This document shows positions 30,090-40,630 of a stretch of DNA of 64,000 nt, one piece after another; within the stretch, counting starts at the first letter, position 1; each line of letters opens with the position of its first letter. Source of the DNA: Terriglobia bacterium (GTDB lineage: Bacteria > Acidobacteriota > Terriglobia > 2-12-FULL-54-10); assembly GCA_963666975.2 (NCBI GenBank), contig CAXVYR010000004.1, forward strand, positions 160,001 to 224,000. The letters are read 5' to 3'. Below the pieces are notes generated by a model. It searched no databases, was not told where the DNA came from, and saw only the letters and a list, made by a program, of their open reading frames with translations. The position numbers and the translations under genes are program-made.

Positions 30090-30728
30090 ATGACCGGGCC
30101 CGCTCGTTTCCATAGCAGCGTTCATGGCTTTGTTTTGACCGGAGGCCGAAGCAGCCGAATGGGCCGGGACAAAGCTCTGCTTCCGTTCGCAGACCGGCCG
30201 CTGGCAGCATGGATGGCGGAGCTTGTAAAGGGGGTATGCGGCGAGGTGTCGCTGGTGGGCAGCCGTGCAAAATACTCCGGTCTGGGATTTCCGGTGATCG
30301 AGGATATTTTCCGCGACAGCGGCCCTCTGGCGGGAATCCATGCAGCGCTGGCCCACTCCGATGCGCCGTTCAGCCTGATTGTGGGATGTGACATGCCCAA
30401 TCTCTCGCCCGATTTCCTGAACCGGCTTCTGGAGATTGCCATGGAAGGGGACTCAGACGCGGTGGTCCCGGAATCGGAGGCCTTCGGCTACGAGCCGCTC
30501 TGCGCGGTGTATTCCCGGAACTGCCTTCCCCGAATCGAAGAAGCTCTGCGAAACGGGGAGCGAAAAGCCAGCAGCATTTTCCCACGGCTGCGCGTTCGGC
30601 CGGTGATGTGCCGGGAATGGCGGGCATTTGACCCGCTCGGAAAATTATTTCAAAACCTGAACACTCTGGAAGATTACGAACAGGCACGGATGAAACTCCA
30701 CAGGGAGAAGACGAACTCCTCTGATTGA
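30090..30728 (+). CDS. mobA: Molybdenum cofactor guanylyltransferase
   Basis: LTGGRSSRMGRDKA, GPLAGI, CDMP, EPLCAVY, NLNTLED. Confidence 0.92.
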   Translation: MTGPARFHSSVHGFVLTGGRSSRMGRDKALLPFADRPLAAWMAELVKGVCGEVSLVGSRAKYSGLGFPVIEDIFRDSGPLAGIHAALAHSDAPFSLIVGCDMPNLSPDFLNRLLEIAMEGDSDAVVPESEAFGYEPLCAVYSRNCLPRIEEALRNGERKASSIFPRLRVRPVMCREWRAFDPLGKLFQNLNTLEDYEQARMKLHREKTNSSD

Positions 30729-30782
30729 CGAGCAGGCGCTTGACGAACGATTGACGAGAATTCTCGCAGGCATACTTTACGC

Positions 30783-31538
30783 ATGGCCGGTCATTTCATC
30801 GAATTTCAGGATGTCTCCAAGTCCTTTAACGACCACCAAGTCCTGGAGAAAGTCTGTTTCCATGTCGATGCAGGGGAAACGCTGGTGATTCTGGGGCGAA
30901 GCGGGGTCGGAAAATCCGTAACCCTGGCTCACATCATAGGCTTTCTGAAGCCCGACGCCGGAAGGGTGTGGGTGGCGGGCGAGGACATTACCGGCTACGA
31001 TGAAGCCCAACTCAACCGGATTCGCAAGAAAGTCACCATGGTGTTCCAGTCCGGCGCCCTGTTTGATTCCCTGACCGTCTTTGAAAACGTCGCCTTTCCA
31101 CTGCGCGAAGGCCCCGGCTGGAACGAGAAAAACATCGAGGAGATCGTGGGCGGGTTGCTGAAACTGCTGGAAATCCACGAACTGGCCGATTCGCTTCCCT
31201 CCGAGTTGAGCACCGGCATGAAGCGAGCAGCCGCTATCGCCAGGGCGTTAGCCGCGCGGCCGGAAGCCATCCTGTATGACGAGCCCACCACGATGGTGGA
31301 CCCTCTCATGGCTCAGCACATTGAGAATCTGATTGAACGGCTGAAACAGCAGCTCCGCCTGACCTCCGTCGTGGTAACGCATGATACCCGGCTGGCGAAA
31401 AAAGTCGGCGACAAGGTGGTCTTTCTGGATGCTGGTCACGCCACTTTCTTTAGCTCTGTGGACGAGCTTTCCGCTTGCACGAACCCGCTGATTCGGGAAT
31501 TCCTTCTGGAAGATGAAATCCGCTCTGCGGTGAGCTGA
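30783..31538 (+). CDS. ABC transporter ATP-binding protein (MlaF/Mkl-like)
   Basis: GRSGVGKS, FQSGALFDSLTV, LYDEPT, VVTHD. Confidence 0.9.
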   Translation: MAGHFIEFQDVSKSFNDHQVLEKVCFHVDAGETLVILGRSGVGKSVTLAHIIGFLKPDAGRVWVAGEDITGYDEAQLNRIRKKVTMVFQSGALFDSLTVFENVAFPLREGPGWNEKNIEEIVGGLLKLLEIHELADSLPSELSTGMKRAAAIARALAARPEAILYDEPTTMVDPLMAQHIENLIERLKQQLRLTSVVVTHDTRLAKKVGDKVVFLDAGHATFFSSVDELSACTNPLIREFLLEDEIRSAVS

Positions 31539-31613
31539 CAGGGGGAAATGGGGTGAGAGGAGAAAATCCCCAAAGGTGATCCGTTCCGGCGGGCGCGCTC
31601 ATGCGCTCATAGA

Positions 31614-33986
31614 TCAGATACCCATTGAACCTTTCCCTTTCGGCCCTTTGAAGATGAGTTCTTTTAGTTCGATTTGATCCGGATTCAGCAGCTTTTTAAC
31701 GCGTTCGCTATTGACCCCGGCTACAATGATGTCCCCAATCTCCGTATTGACATCGTTATAAATCCGCAGGGATTTCATTCCTCTAGTTTGCTTCGCATTA
31801 TCTTCCGTCGGGTTGACATAATGCACCGAATCGCTCTTATACCGATGGACCAAAAACAAATGGACCAATGTCATTAACCGTTTTTTTCGGAAGGTCTCGC
31901 TAAACGTATTTTGATCCCTCACAGACAGAATATTCCTGCCCCGAAGGTCTTGTATCGAAGCATATACAACGTTGGCGATTTTGGCATCCGATTCATCGAA
32001 AATATTCAATTCCAGCAAATCCGACCCCGCGATATGGGGACGCAATACCACACGCAAGTTCTCGCCGACTTTATAGTGTTTCGACCATAGTTCAATCCAG
32101 CCTTCCAGCAATTTGGGTGGAACTTCCGTTTGAATTAAATGTTGATACTGCGTGGAACCTTTGCCCATTGCCTTGGTTGTCGCCGTGCGCCCGGACGTCG
32201 CCATCAGGGCCCCGTCTGCGCGAGGTCCGCCGACATAGGTTTGAGGTTCCTGATACGGTGAATCGATCAGCCGGAATTGCCGTTGCAGTCGCGCCAAAGC
32301 AAGCATTCCATCTTCCAGTAAAGCGTTGGCGAATTGCTCAGAGGCCAGTCCGTCGATTTGATGACCGCCATAGGTGATGAAGTTAAAAGCGAATCCGAGC
32401 TTTCCCAACTCTTCCGGGAAAGCCGCCATTTCGTCCTCGCTCATGCCTGTCGTGTCCCAGTTGAAGGAAGGGGACAAATTGTATGCCAGCATCTTTTCCG
32501 GATAGACCGCATGAATCGCATCCGCATATTTTTTTGCATCAGCCAAAGCTGCCGTCTTCGTTTCCATCCACAGCATGTCCGCAAAGGGCGCCACGGCCAG
32601 TGATTTTTCAATTGCGTAATCAATTCCGCCTTGCACCTGATAATATCCCTCTGGTGTTCTGGACAATTCACAATCCCAGGAAGCCTCAATCCCCATGAAC
32701 CTGGCTCTATCGCGGGCCTCGGAATGTGAGACTGTCCTTGCAAAATGAAGCCATTCGTCAATGGCCGTATGATGCTGCCTTCCTTCTTCGATCTGGAATC
32801 CGATCAATTCCGCTACAGCTTCTGCATAGGTCTTTAAGCCTGACTTCACTTCCCACATTTCGACAAACTTTGTGACAACGCTGTCCAATGGCTTCGTGAT
32901 GCGCTCTGCCTTCCCTTCCTTTAATGCCTTGATGTTTTCATCAATGAAGGTCATCAGCCCTTCTTGCTCAAACCATTCATAGGCTTCTTCATATTCGGAA
33001 TTGGAGATTTTGTACAGCAAGTGGCCGTTCACATCCTTGATTCCCTTGTCATGGAACCTTTTGAGAATGGCAAGATAGCAATTCTTATAGCCCGGCAGGT
33101 CTGTTTTCGTCGCGCCTAATATGAAAGGATGGTCACGCTCATCGCCTCGTCCATCCAGCAGTGTCGCTGCTTCGGCATCCGTTCGGGCAACAATAATTCC
33201 AGGCACCATCATCAGATCCAGCTGAAACCGCGCGGCATTCAGCCTTTTGATTTGTTCATCCACCGGAACAAGAACCTTTCCGCCCTGATGCCCGCATTTT
33301 TTGGTGCCCGGTTTCTGATCTTCAATGTGGTATCCCGAGACTCCTGTTTCGACAAACCTGCGGATCAGGTTTCTGACATGAGATTCCCCTCCATGTCCCG
33401 TGTCCGCATCCGCGATGATCCATGGCCGGAAATCATATTTTCGTGCAGACTTCCGCTCCTGATCCGTCATCCTTGCTCGCATAAACTTTTGATTTTTGTC
33501 TGCAGCAAGGAGGGCGCGAACCAGCGTAGCGGCATCATCCGGCACTTGGCTGAGCGGGTAAGTTGCTAAATCGGGGCCTGGGTCCTCCGTAGTGGATCCC
33601 TTGGCGGAAGTCGCCCAGCCACCTAAATAGATACCTTCTATGCCCGCCCTTTTTAGCATTACAGCTTGCCCCGGCGAATAAGGTCCAAAGGTGGTAATCT
33701 GCTCGCGCTTTGAGAACAACTCCCTTAAACGATCGTAAAATTCTTCCGAGGCTTTTCTTGCTATTGGATAGTCATTCTCAATCGTCCCGCGCTGCTGCAC
33801 GACTTGTGCCGCCGAGTAAAGACGCGTTATGTCTTTGAATCGAGGCTTGCCCATCCACCTCTTCATTTCCCGCACTTCGCGTTCAAACGAAGCTATTTCG
33901 TCTTCTGCTGCAGATTTAATTTGCTTGCGAGAGATAAAATCTAACTTCCCTGCAGTCCGGGCGTCACTTTTCTTGATAGCACGCAT
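31614..33986 (-). CDS. aceA: Isocitrate lyase, long Icl2-type with C-terminal extra domain
   Basis: [37 protein letters not shown]; 790 aa. Confidence 0.93.
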   Translation of the reverse strand: MRAIKKSDARTAGKLDFISRKQIKSAAEDEIASFEREVREMKRWMGKPRFKDITRLYSAAQVVQQRGTIENDYPIARKASEEFYDRLRELFSKREQITTFGPYSPGQAVMLKRAGIEGIYLGGWATSAKGSTTEDPGPDLATYPLSQVPDDAATLVRALLAADKNQKFMRARMTDQERKSARKYDFRPWIIADADTGHGGESHVRNLIRRFVETGVSGYHIEDQKPGTKKCGHQGGKVLVPVDEQIKRLNAARFQLDLMMVPGIIVARTDAEAATLLDGRGDERDHPFILGATKTDLPGYKNCYLAILKRFHDKGIKDVNGHLLYKISNSEYEEAYEWFEQEGLMTFIDENIKALKEGKAERITKPLDSVVTKFVEMWEVKSGLKTYAEAVAELIGFQIEEGRQHHTAIDEWLHFARTVSHSEARDRARFMGIEASWDCELSRTPEGYYQVQGGIDYAIEKSLAVAPFADMLWMETKTAALADAKKYADAIHAVYPEKMLAYNLSPSFNWDTTGMSEDEMAAFPEELGKLGFAFNFITYGGHQIDGLASEQFANALLEDGMLALARLQRQFRLIDSPYQEPQTYVGGPRADGALMATSGRTATTKAMGKGSTQYQHLIQTEVPPKLLEGWIELWSKHYKVGENLRVVLRPHIAGSDLLELNIFDESDAKIANVVYASIQDLRGRNILSVRDQNTFSETFRKKRLMTLVHLFLVHRYKSDSVHYVNPTEDNAKQTRGMKSLRIYNDVNTEIGDIIVAGVNSERVKKLLNPDQIELKELIFKGPKGKGSMGI

Positions 33987-34112
33987 GTAAACTTGAATCC
34001 TTTTCTAGGCAATTAGCAAATCATAGTTGTTCAACGCAGTAAAGTATTAGCAGCGTTATGAAATCGCATTTTTTACTTCCTGCTCCCGAGCCCTGCACGC
34101 AGCGAGCGAAAC

Positions 34113-35774
34113 CTAACTCAAATGCTCATAAGCAGGAAGCGTTAAAAATTGAACCAACTCTTTACTCGTTATGAGCTGACTGAAAATCTCGCTGGCCGAT
34201 GCATACTGGCCCGCCTCATACTGCTCCTTCCCCATGATGGAGCGTATTCTGTCCATCTCTTCCTGGAGCAAGGCACGGACCAACGCAACAGTGATCTTCC
34301 GCCCGTCGGGCAAAGCGGCCCCATGCCGAATCCATTGCCAAACCTGCGCACGGGATATCTCCGAGGTCGCCGCGTCTTCCATCAGATGGTAGAGGGGGAC
34401 ACAGCCATTGCCGCGCAACCACGCTTCCAGATATTGCACGCCCACGCTGAGATTCGTCCGAAGCCCCCCTTCTGTGATCGTCCCTGCGGGAACGCGCAAA
34501 AGGTCGGCGGCGGTCACCTGTACGTCTTCGCGCGTCACGTGAATTTGGTTCGGGCCCGGCATGGCAGCGTCAAATACCTGCGCGGCCACCGGCACCAGCC
34601 CGGGATGCGCTACCCAGGTTCCATCATGCCCGTCGCCCGCTTCGCGGTCCTTGTCGTCGATCACCTTGCCGATGGCTTGCGCATTGGCCTCCGTATCGTT
34701 CTTAATCGGTATCTGCGCGGCCATGCCGCCGATGGCATGGATCCCGCGCCGGTGGCATGTCTGGATGGAAAGCAGCGAATAGCTCCTTAGAAAATGCCTG
34801 GCCATCGTCACCTGAGCGCGGTCCGGCAGCATGAAGCGGGGATATTTGTGAAATTTCTTGATGAAGCTGAATATGTAATCCCAGCGCCCGCAATTCAGCC
34901 CGGCGGAATGCTTCCTCAATTCGTATAGGATTTCGTGCATTTCAAAGGCTGCCAGGATGGTTTCGATCAGCACGGTGGCCTTGATGGTGCCCTGCGGAAT
35001 CCCAAGTTCCTTCTGCGCCATCACAAAAACATCGTTCCACAGCCGTGCTTCCAAATGGTTTTCCAATTTGGGCAGATAAAAATACGGTCCGGCGCCCTTT
35101 TCGAGCAGCGTTCTGGCGTTGTGAAAAAAGTACAAACCAAAATCGAAAATTCCGGCAGGCGCAGGCTTCCCATCGATCAGCAGATGCTTTTCCACCAAGT
35201 GCCAGCCGCGCGGACGAACCAGCATTGTGGCCAAATTTTCCTTTAAGGAATAGGTCACGCCTTGCGGATTGACGAACTGGATCGTACGATGGACGGCGTC
35301 GCGAACATTCACCTGCCCCTGAATCGTGGACTCCCATCCTGGAGAGTGAGCATCCTCGAAATCTGCCATGTAGACTTTTGCACCGGAATTCAGGGCGTTG
35401 ATGACCATCTTCCGGTCCACCGGGCCGGTGATTTCCACGCGCCTGTCTTCCAGGTCCGGCGGAACAGCGGCAACCGTCCAGGAACCCTTGCGAAGCTCCT
35501 CGGTCTCCGGCAGAAAATCCGGCATCACGCCGGAATCAATCTCCGTCTGCCTCTCGACTCTCTTTTGCAGCAGGGATTCACGAGTCCCGGAAAAATTCCT
35601 CACCAGCTTCGCCACAAAACGCACGGCGTCCGGAGTTAGGATTTCAGCCAACTGTGCGGAGACGGCCCCCCGAACTTCGATCCCTTCCGGCTGCAAAGTG
35701 CGATTCAACTCCGCGCCCGGGCTGGCTCCGTCTTTGCTTTCCCCCCCTGGACCAGGTTTCAACTTAGCTTCCAT
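34113..35774 (-). CDS. aceB: Malate synthase A
   Basis: DRRVEITGP, MADFED, LNCGRWDYIFS, GHDGTWVAHP, LMEDAAT. Confidence 0.96.
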   Translation of the reverse strand: MEAKLKPGPGGESKDGASPGAELNRTLQPEGIEVRGAVSAQLAEILTPDAVRFVAKLVRNFSGTRESLLQKRVERQTEIDSGVMPDFLPETEELRKGSWTVAAVPPDLEDRRVEITGPVDRKMVINALNSGAKVYMADFEDAHSPGWESTIQGQVNVRDAVHRTIQFVNPQGVTYSLKENLATMLVRPRGWHLVEKHLLIDGKPAPAGIFDFGLYFFHNARTLLEKGAGPYFYLPKLENHLEARLWNDVFVMAQKELGIPQGTIKATVLIETILAAFEMHEILYELRKHSAGLNCGRWDYIFSFIKKFHKYPRFMLPDRAQVTMARHFLRSYSLLSIQTCHRRGIHAIGGMAAQIPIKNDTEANAQAIGKVIDDKDREAGDGHDGTWVAHPGLVPVAAQVFDAAMPGPNQIHVTREDVQVTAADLLRVPAGTITEGGLRTNLSVGVQYLEAWLRGNGCVPLYHLMEDAATSEISRAQVWQWIRHGAALPDGRKITVALVRALLQEEMDRIRSIMGKEQYEAGQYASASEIFSQLITSKELVQFLTLPAYEHLS

Positions 35775-36224
35775 GCTCTCTTCCCATCCCTTTCTTCTTC
35801 TTCGCTAAAAGTAGCTCCCCTCCCTAAAAACTTACTGTGATCCTGCCTCCCATCGCCCGACCAGAGCGGAGGGTGCGGAGGGTTAATGATAACTGCGCTT
35901 CCTTAAATTACCATGATCCCGTTGCGATAATTCCGCCAATGAAAAGTGCCCCTTCGCTGAAGTCAGTAAAGGCTGGCCGCTGCCAGTAAAAAATTCAGAT
36001 TCCCTGCTACCCCTAAGTCATTGTCCCGATTGACTATTTCCCAATAAAAATCATGTCTTTGCTATTACTTGCCGCTATTACACACTACTCAGCCATATTT
36101 GTAAAACTAATAATTGTTATATGTTTAATAAAAATAATTTATACGCAGCCGGGACCCCCTTCTCCCCTCCGGTTTGCCAAACAGGCTACTTTTAGGACCC
36201 ATGACCGGTGAGCGTGCAGTTCTA

Positions 36225-36253
36225 TTGACAGAGCCCCACCCTGGCGGTACCCT
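36225..36253 (+). promoter_or_regulatory. Sigma70-type promoter for 36271-37380
   Basis: TTGACA-N17-TACCCT, then RBS aaggagg. Confidence 0.6.
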
Positions 36254-36270
36254 TTCCAAAGGAGGCTTTT

Positions 36271-37380
36271 ATGCTACGGTTCTCAGGAATTAGCCTGTGT
36301 TTGCTGGCACTTTTGATGGCTCCTGCGGAAGCCTGGGCTCAGGGGCAACGTGGCTTTGCCGGTGGCTCACGGGGAACGGCAAATAATCGAACTGGCTTCC
36401 AGCGCGGAGTTCGCAGCTCGGGCGGGTCGGCAAGAAGAGGAGCGGCAGGAAGAGTATCGCAAGAACGTTCCGGAGACCGAACAGGCACTCGTGCTCGCAC
36501 AACTGCCCGAGGAGCTTCCGTTTCAGCCGGAGCCGTCCGCAATCACCAGAACAACCGCCAGCACAATCGCCAAGATGTTACACGGAATCAAGGCGGCAAC
36601 CGGAATCAAGGACGTACTCCGAATCAGGCAGGCCGTGGTCGCCACTCAAGCTTTGCCTCCAGGTTGGGAAACAATGTAAGGCTGCGCGCGGTTCCCCCCG
36701 TGACAATGCATCCAAGTGTTGGGCATCCAGGTTTCGGGCATTCAGGTGTCGGGAACATTAACCGGCCCGGAGTTGCACCGAACGGCTCCCCTTCCCATAT
36801 TCCCAATATCAATCGACCAAGTGGTGGACGGACGCGTAGAGGATTTACAGCGTCTGACCTTCACAACCAAAATTCCTACAGCAATTCCTATCGCGGCTCT
36901 CAGCACCACCGCCGCGGCGGCTATTCGCGCCGGGGTTCCAATGGCTCCAGTATCGTTTTCTACTATGGCATACCCTATGCCTTGCCCTACTACGAGCCTT
37001 ATGGATATTCGACTTATAGCGTATATAGCGGGGGGGGATACTATAGCGCCCCGCCGCCTCAACCGCCGGAGCCTGCCGCTCCCGGTACGCCTGGCGACCC
37101 AGCGGATGTTCGACTGTGGCCTTGGGAGTATCAATCGTCAGAACAGCCGCCCGAACAGCCAACCAGCCAGCAACCCACCGTTGGCACGCTTACCCTGCTG
37201 GCCTTCCAGGACCACACTATTCTAGCTGTCACGGATTATTGGCTGGAGGGCGACATACTCTATTACGAAACCAGCTACGGCCTGCAGGGCTCAATCCCCT
37301 TAGACCGTCTGGATCTTCCTCTCACACAACAGTTGAACCAAGAGCGCAATATTCCGTTTGTGCTGGAGTCGCGCCGCTAG
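36271..37380 (+). CDS. Exported hypothetical protein with R/G/N-rich disordered region, Tyr-rich segment and small C-terminal beta domain
   Basis: Signal peptide, strong RBS, C-terminal LLAFQDHTILAVTDYWLEGDILYY..LDLPLTQQLN. Confidence 0.75.
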   Translation: MLRFSGISLCLLALLMAPAEAWAQGQRGFAGGSRGTANNRTGFQRGVRSSGGSARRGAAGRVSQERSGDRTGTRARTTARGASVSAGAVRNHQNNRQHNRQDVTRNQGGNRNQGRTPNQAGRGRHSSFASRLGNNVRLRAVPPVTMHPSVGHPGFGHSGVGNINRPGVAPNGSPSHIPNINRPSGGRTRRGFTASDLHNQNSYSNSYRGSQHHRRGGYSRRGSNGSSIVFYYGIPYALPYYEPYGYSTYSVYSGGGYYSAPPPQPPEPAAPGTPGDPADVRLWPWEYQSSEQPPEQPTSQQPTVGTLTLLAFQDHTILAVTDYWLEGDILYYETSYGLQGSIPLDRLDLPLTQQLNQERNIPFVLESRR

Positions 37381-37457
37381 CAGGTTGTTGAAAAACACTA
37401 TTTGTCCGCTCCCTCACAGCCTGCCCTGAGCGAAGCCGAAGGGGTCGCGGCTCGGCT
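37378..37457. repeat. MITE-like end plus REP-like element with nested 26-bp repeat
   Basis: tagcaggttgttgaaaaa; ccgctccctcac[agcctgccctgagcgaagccgaaggg]gtcgcggctcgg. Confidence 0.6.
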
Positions 37458-37653
37458 TCCGGTGAACCTTGGTCTACACACAACAACAGCTCTAATAGTT
37501 TCTCAGCCTAATTGTTTGTTTATTGCTGCACCGCATGATGTGTTCCTGCGCTCAGAAGAGCATTCGCCCTTTCCGGAAACGGGATGCTTCAATCGCAGAG
37601 GAAAATAGCCGGTGAGCCTATCCGCAATTTTTCAGTTTGTAGCGCCTCCCCCA

Positions 37654-38112
37654 TTAACTTTCCGGCGCCAGGGTGTAGCACCATGCTTCCCCTTCGAGCA
37701 CAACTTCCCCGCTCTCTCGCTTTACGGTTACTTGCAGTTGCGTGACGGGTTTGCTCTCATGAATTTTCACTATCTCCGCCTCAGCCGTGATGGTGTCTCC
37801 AATGTAGACCGGCGCTGTAAATTTCCAATTCTGGCTGAGAAAGACCGTGCCCGGACCGGGCATGCGATTAGCGACCAAGGCGTGCAGCAGGCCGGTGGTT
37901 AACCCTCCCTGCACAACAAGCCGTTTGAATTTCGTTTTCTCCGCAAAGGCGGGGTCGAAATGAAGCGGGTTGTAGTCCCCTGAAATCTCTGCGTACTTCC
38001 TCACGTGTTCCTCACTCAGCGTAGCGCTGAGAGTGGCCTTCTGGCCGACATGGAGTTTCACAACAGCCTCCTCATTCACATCCTCTGGCACATCCTCTGG
38101 GAATTCGGGCAC
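37654..38112 (-). CDS. MaoC family (R)-specific enoyl-CoA hydratase
   Basis: SGDYNPLH, MPGPGTVFLSQ, APVYIGD. Confidence 0.9.
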   Translation of the reverse strand: MPEFPEDVPEDVNEEAVVKLHVGQKATLSATLSEEHVRKYAEISGDYNPLHFDPAFAEKTKFKRLVVQGGLTTGLLHALVANRMPGPGTVFLSQNWKFTAPVYIGDTITAEAEIVKIHESKPVTQLQVTVKRESGEVVLEGEAWCYTLAPES

Positions 38113-38295
38113 GCGCTTTGTGACTATACTGGAATCAGCGCCGGTGCTTCAATAGGCGGCAGCGGTCCAGCGGACAGTTCGTTTTGTCCGAAAAAATTCC
38201 TTCAAAAAGCTATTTCCGTTCTGGCAGGTGGCGTATGATCTTGCAGCAAGGCAAAACCAATTCCGATGTGGAGCAACAACAGGCCAGGAGGTCAT

Positions 38296-39675
38296 ATGAA
38301 ACTCAGGAATTCTCATCTGTCATTGCTGCCGGTGATCCTTCTTTTGCTTGTCTCTTGCCAGCCGGCGCAACCACCGGGGCCCTCATCGCAGATCACGGTG
38401 ATTGAAGGAGCCACTGTGATAGACGGCGTGTCCGAAGCTCCAACCGAAGATGCGATTCTGGTGATTTCCGGCGATACAATCCAAGCCATCGGCAAGCGCG
38501 GCAGCTTCCCCATTCCCGCCGGCGCGCGCATCGTGAACGCAGCCGGAAAGGTGATCCTGCCCGGAATGTTCAGCCTCCACGGCCACGTGGGGAGAACGGA
38601 AGGCATGGAATCCAGCGAAGAGAATTTCAACCGGGAACGGGTCCAGCGCAACGCCAATGCATATCTCTACTATGGCGTGACTCATGTGCTTTCGCTCGGG
38701 CATGACCAAGAACTCATGGCAGAGTTCCTGGCCGGCCAGCGCGCAGGCACCACCGGCGGAGCACGGCTTTATACGGCCGGGCTGGGATTCGGCGCAAAGG
38801 GCGGATGGCCCCGGAACCCCTACGTCAACCGTCCCACGACCCCGGAGGAGGCTCGGGCCATGGTGCAGAAGGAAGCCGCGAAGCATCCCCGCGTCTTAAA
38901 GATTTGGGCGGATAACAGGCTCGGAGAGCTTCCCGATTTCTCCCCGGATCTCTACGGCCCCGTTATCGAAGAAGCGCGCCGGCACAATCTGCGGGTGGTG
39001 GCGCACGCCTTCTACCTGGAGGACGCCAAGGAACTCATCCGCCGCGGCGTGGTTGCTCTGGCGCACAGTATTTTGGACAAAGAAGTGGATGAGGAATTTC
39101 TGACGCTGGCGAAGGAAAACCGGATTACGCAAGTGACGACGCTTGCGGGCCATCACGTCAACCTATCCTATGCAGACGGCGCGGCGTTTCTTGACGACCC
39201 AGGGCTGCCGCTGCTGTTTCCTGCTATCGTGCTTGAAACCGCCGGCAGCAAGGAGTACCGGGAAAAGCTGGCCGGGAACCCGAACATGCCAAGATGGCGC
39301 CGGGAATATGCAATAGCGGCCAAGAACACGGCCCAGGTCGCCGCCGCCGGGATTCCCATTGCCGTGGGAACCGATTCCGGACTTCCCCTGCGGTTTCCCG
39401 GACTGTGGGAACACCGCGAGATGGAGTTATTGGTGCAAGCGGGCCTGACGCCGATGGAGGCCATTCAAGCGGCAACGGTCAATGCTGCCAGATTTTTGGG
39501 AGTGGACAGCCAATACGGAACGCTCGCGCCGGGAAAGGTGGCCGACTTCCTTGTGCTCCATGCCGACCCGCTTGCCGACATCACCAATTCGCGCAAGATA
39601 GACGCCGTTTGGATGAACGGCAAGCCCGTCAATCGCGCCGCGCTCGCCTCCGGCGGCGGCGCCCCTCCTCATTAA
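38296..39675 (+). CDS. Amidohydrolase family lipoprotein
   Basis: Lipobox LVSC; LHGH, LKIW, AHA, LAH, VGTDSG, GKVADF. Confidence 0.9.
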   Translation: MKLRNSHLSLLPVILLLLVSCQPAQPPGPSSQITVIEGATVIDGVSEAPTEDAILVISGDTIQAIGKRGSFPIPAGARIVNAAGKVILPGMFSLHGHVGRTEGMESSEENFNRERVQRNANAYLYYGVTHVLSLGHDQELMAEFLAGQRAGTTGGARLYTAGLGFGAKGGWPRNPYVNRPTTPEEARAMVQKEAAKHPRVLKIWADNRLGELPDFSPDLYGPVIEEARRHNLRVVAHAFYLEDAKELIRRGVVALAHSILDKEVDEEFLTLAKENRITQVTTLAGHHVNLSYADGAAFLDDPGLPLLFPAIVLETAGSKEYREKLAGNPNMPRWRREYAIAAKNTAQVAAAGIPIAVGTDSGLPLRFPGLWEHREMELLVQAGLTPMEAIQAATVNAARFLGVDSQYGTLAPGKVADFLVLHADPLADITNSRKIDAVWMNGKPVNRAALASGGGAPPH

Positions 39676-39734
39676 ACGCCCGCAGAAAGCCGCCGGGAAT
39701 TCGATCACGCGAGGTTTGTCCAGTTGGCAGACGG

Positions 39735-39814
39735 TGACCTGCCCCCCTTAAAACGGTCCAGTTGGTAAGTTAGAGTTTAGAGTTAGGACTGGACTTGGAA
39801 AGGGGGACAGGTCA
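39735..39814. mobile_element. 80-bp internally deleted IS3-like remnant (MITE)
   Basis: Imperfect TIR tgacctgccccccttaaaacggtccag / ctggacttggaaagggggacaggtca (TG..CA ends); no TSD. Confidence 0.6.
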
Positions 39815-39867
39815 ATCCGCGCCTACGCGTGTATGGGCACCTGGATGTGCGCGTCCTAAAATAAATA

Positions 39868-40588
39868 GGGGCTGTCCTAGCTAAGCAGATTGCTTAGGGA
39901 TAGGATGGCGATATGTACGAACGGCGTAGTCGGCTGAGCAAGGCGAAGCGGGATCGGTTGGTGGAGCACTTCGTTGCCGGGACGACGGCACGGGCGGCGG
40001 CTGAGCTTGTCGGGGTTCATCGGAACACGGCCGCTTCGTTCTATACACGGATTCGCACGGTGATTGCCGAGGAGACCCAGAAAGCCTCTTCGGTTTGCGG
40101 CGAAATCGAAGTGGACGAGAGTTACTTCGGTGGTCGCCGCAAGGGCAAACGCGGTCGTGGTGCTGGCGGGAAAGTCCCGGTTTTCGGGCTTTTGAAGCGT
40201 GGAGGAAGGGTCTACACGGTGATGATCCCCAATGCCCGTACGGACACGTTGATGCCGATCATGGAGCGCCTGATCCAGCCCGACAGCATCGTCTACACGG
40301 ATGGCTTTTCGAGCTACGATGCTCTGGATGTGTCGGACTTCCACCATGTTCGGATCAACCACTCGGAACGGTTCGTCGACGAACGGAACCACATCAATGG
40401 GATCGAGAACTTCTGGAACCAGGCAAAGCGGCATCTTCGGCGCTTCAACGGGGTGCCCAAACAGAGTTTTCACCTCTTCCTGAAGGAGTGCGAATGGCGC
40501 TTCAATGGCGGTAACCACCGGACACTGCTTAACCAATTGAAGACATGGATCAAATCGAGACAGAATCACCCTTAGCTATGACAGCCCC
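39868..40588 (+). mobile_element. IS1595 family (IS1016 group) insertion sequence, second copy
   Basis: Same 721-bp element; TSD aataaata at 39860-39867 and 40589-40596; one mismatch in the right TIR. Confidence 0.95.
39913..40575 (+). CDS. IS1595-family transposase
   Basis: Protein identical to 10647-11309. Confidence 0.95.
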   Translation: MYERRSRLSKAKRDRLVEHFVAGTTARAAAELVGVHRNTAASFYTRIRTVIAEETQKASSVCGEIEVDESYFGGRRKGKRGRGAGGKVPVFGLLKRGGRVYTVMIPNARTDTLMPIMERLIQPDSIVYTDGFSSYDALDVSDFHHVRINHSERFVDERNHINGIENFWNQAKRHLRRFNGVPKQSFHLFLKECEWRFNGGNHRTLLNQLKTWIKSRQNHP

Positions 40589-40630
40589 AATAAATATATA
40601 TAAATTCGCAGAGGTCAGGTTGTCAAGTGA

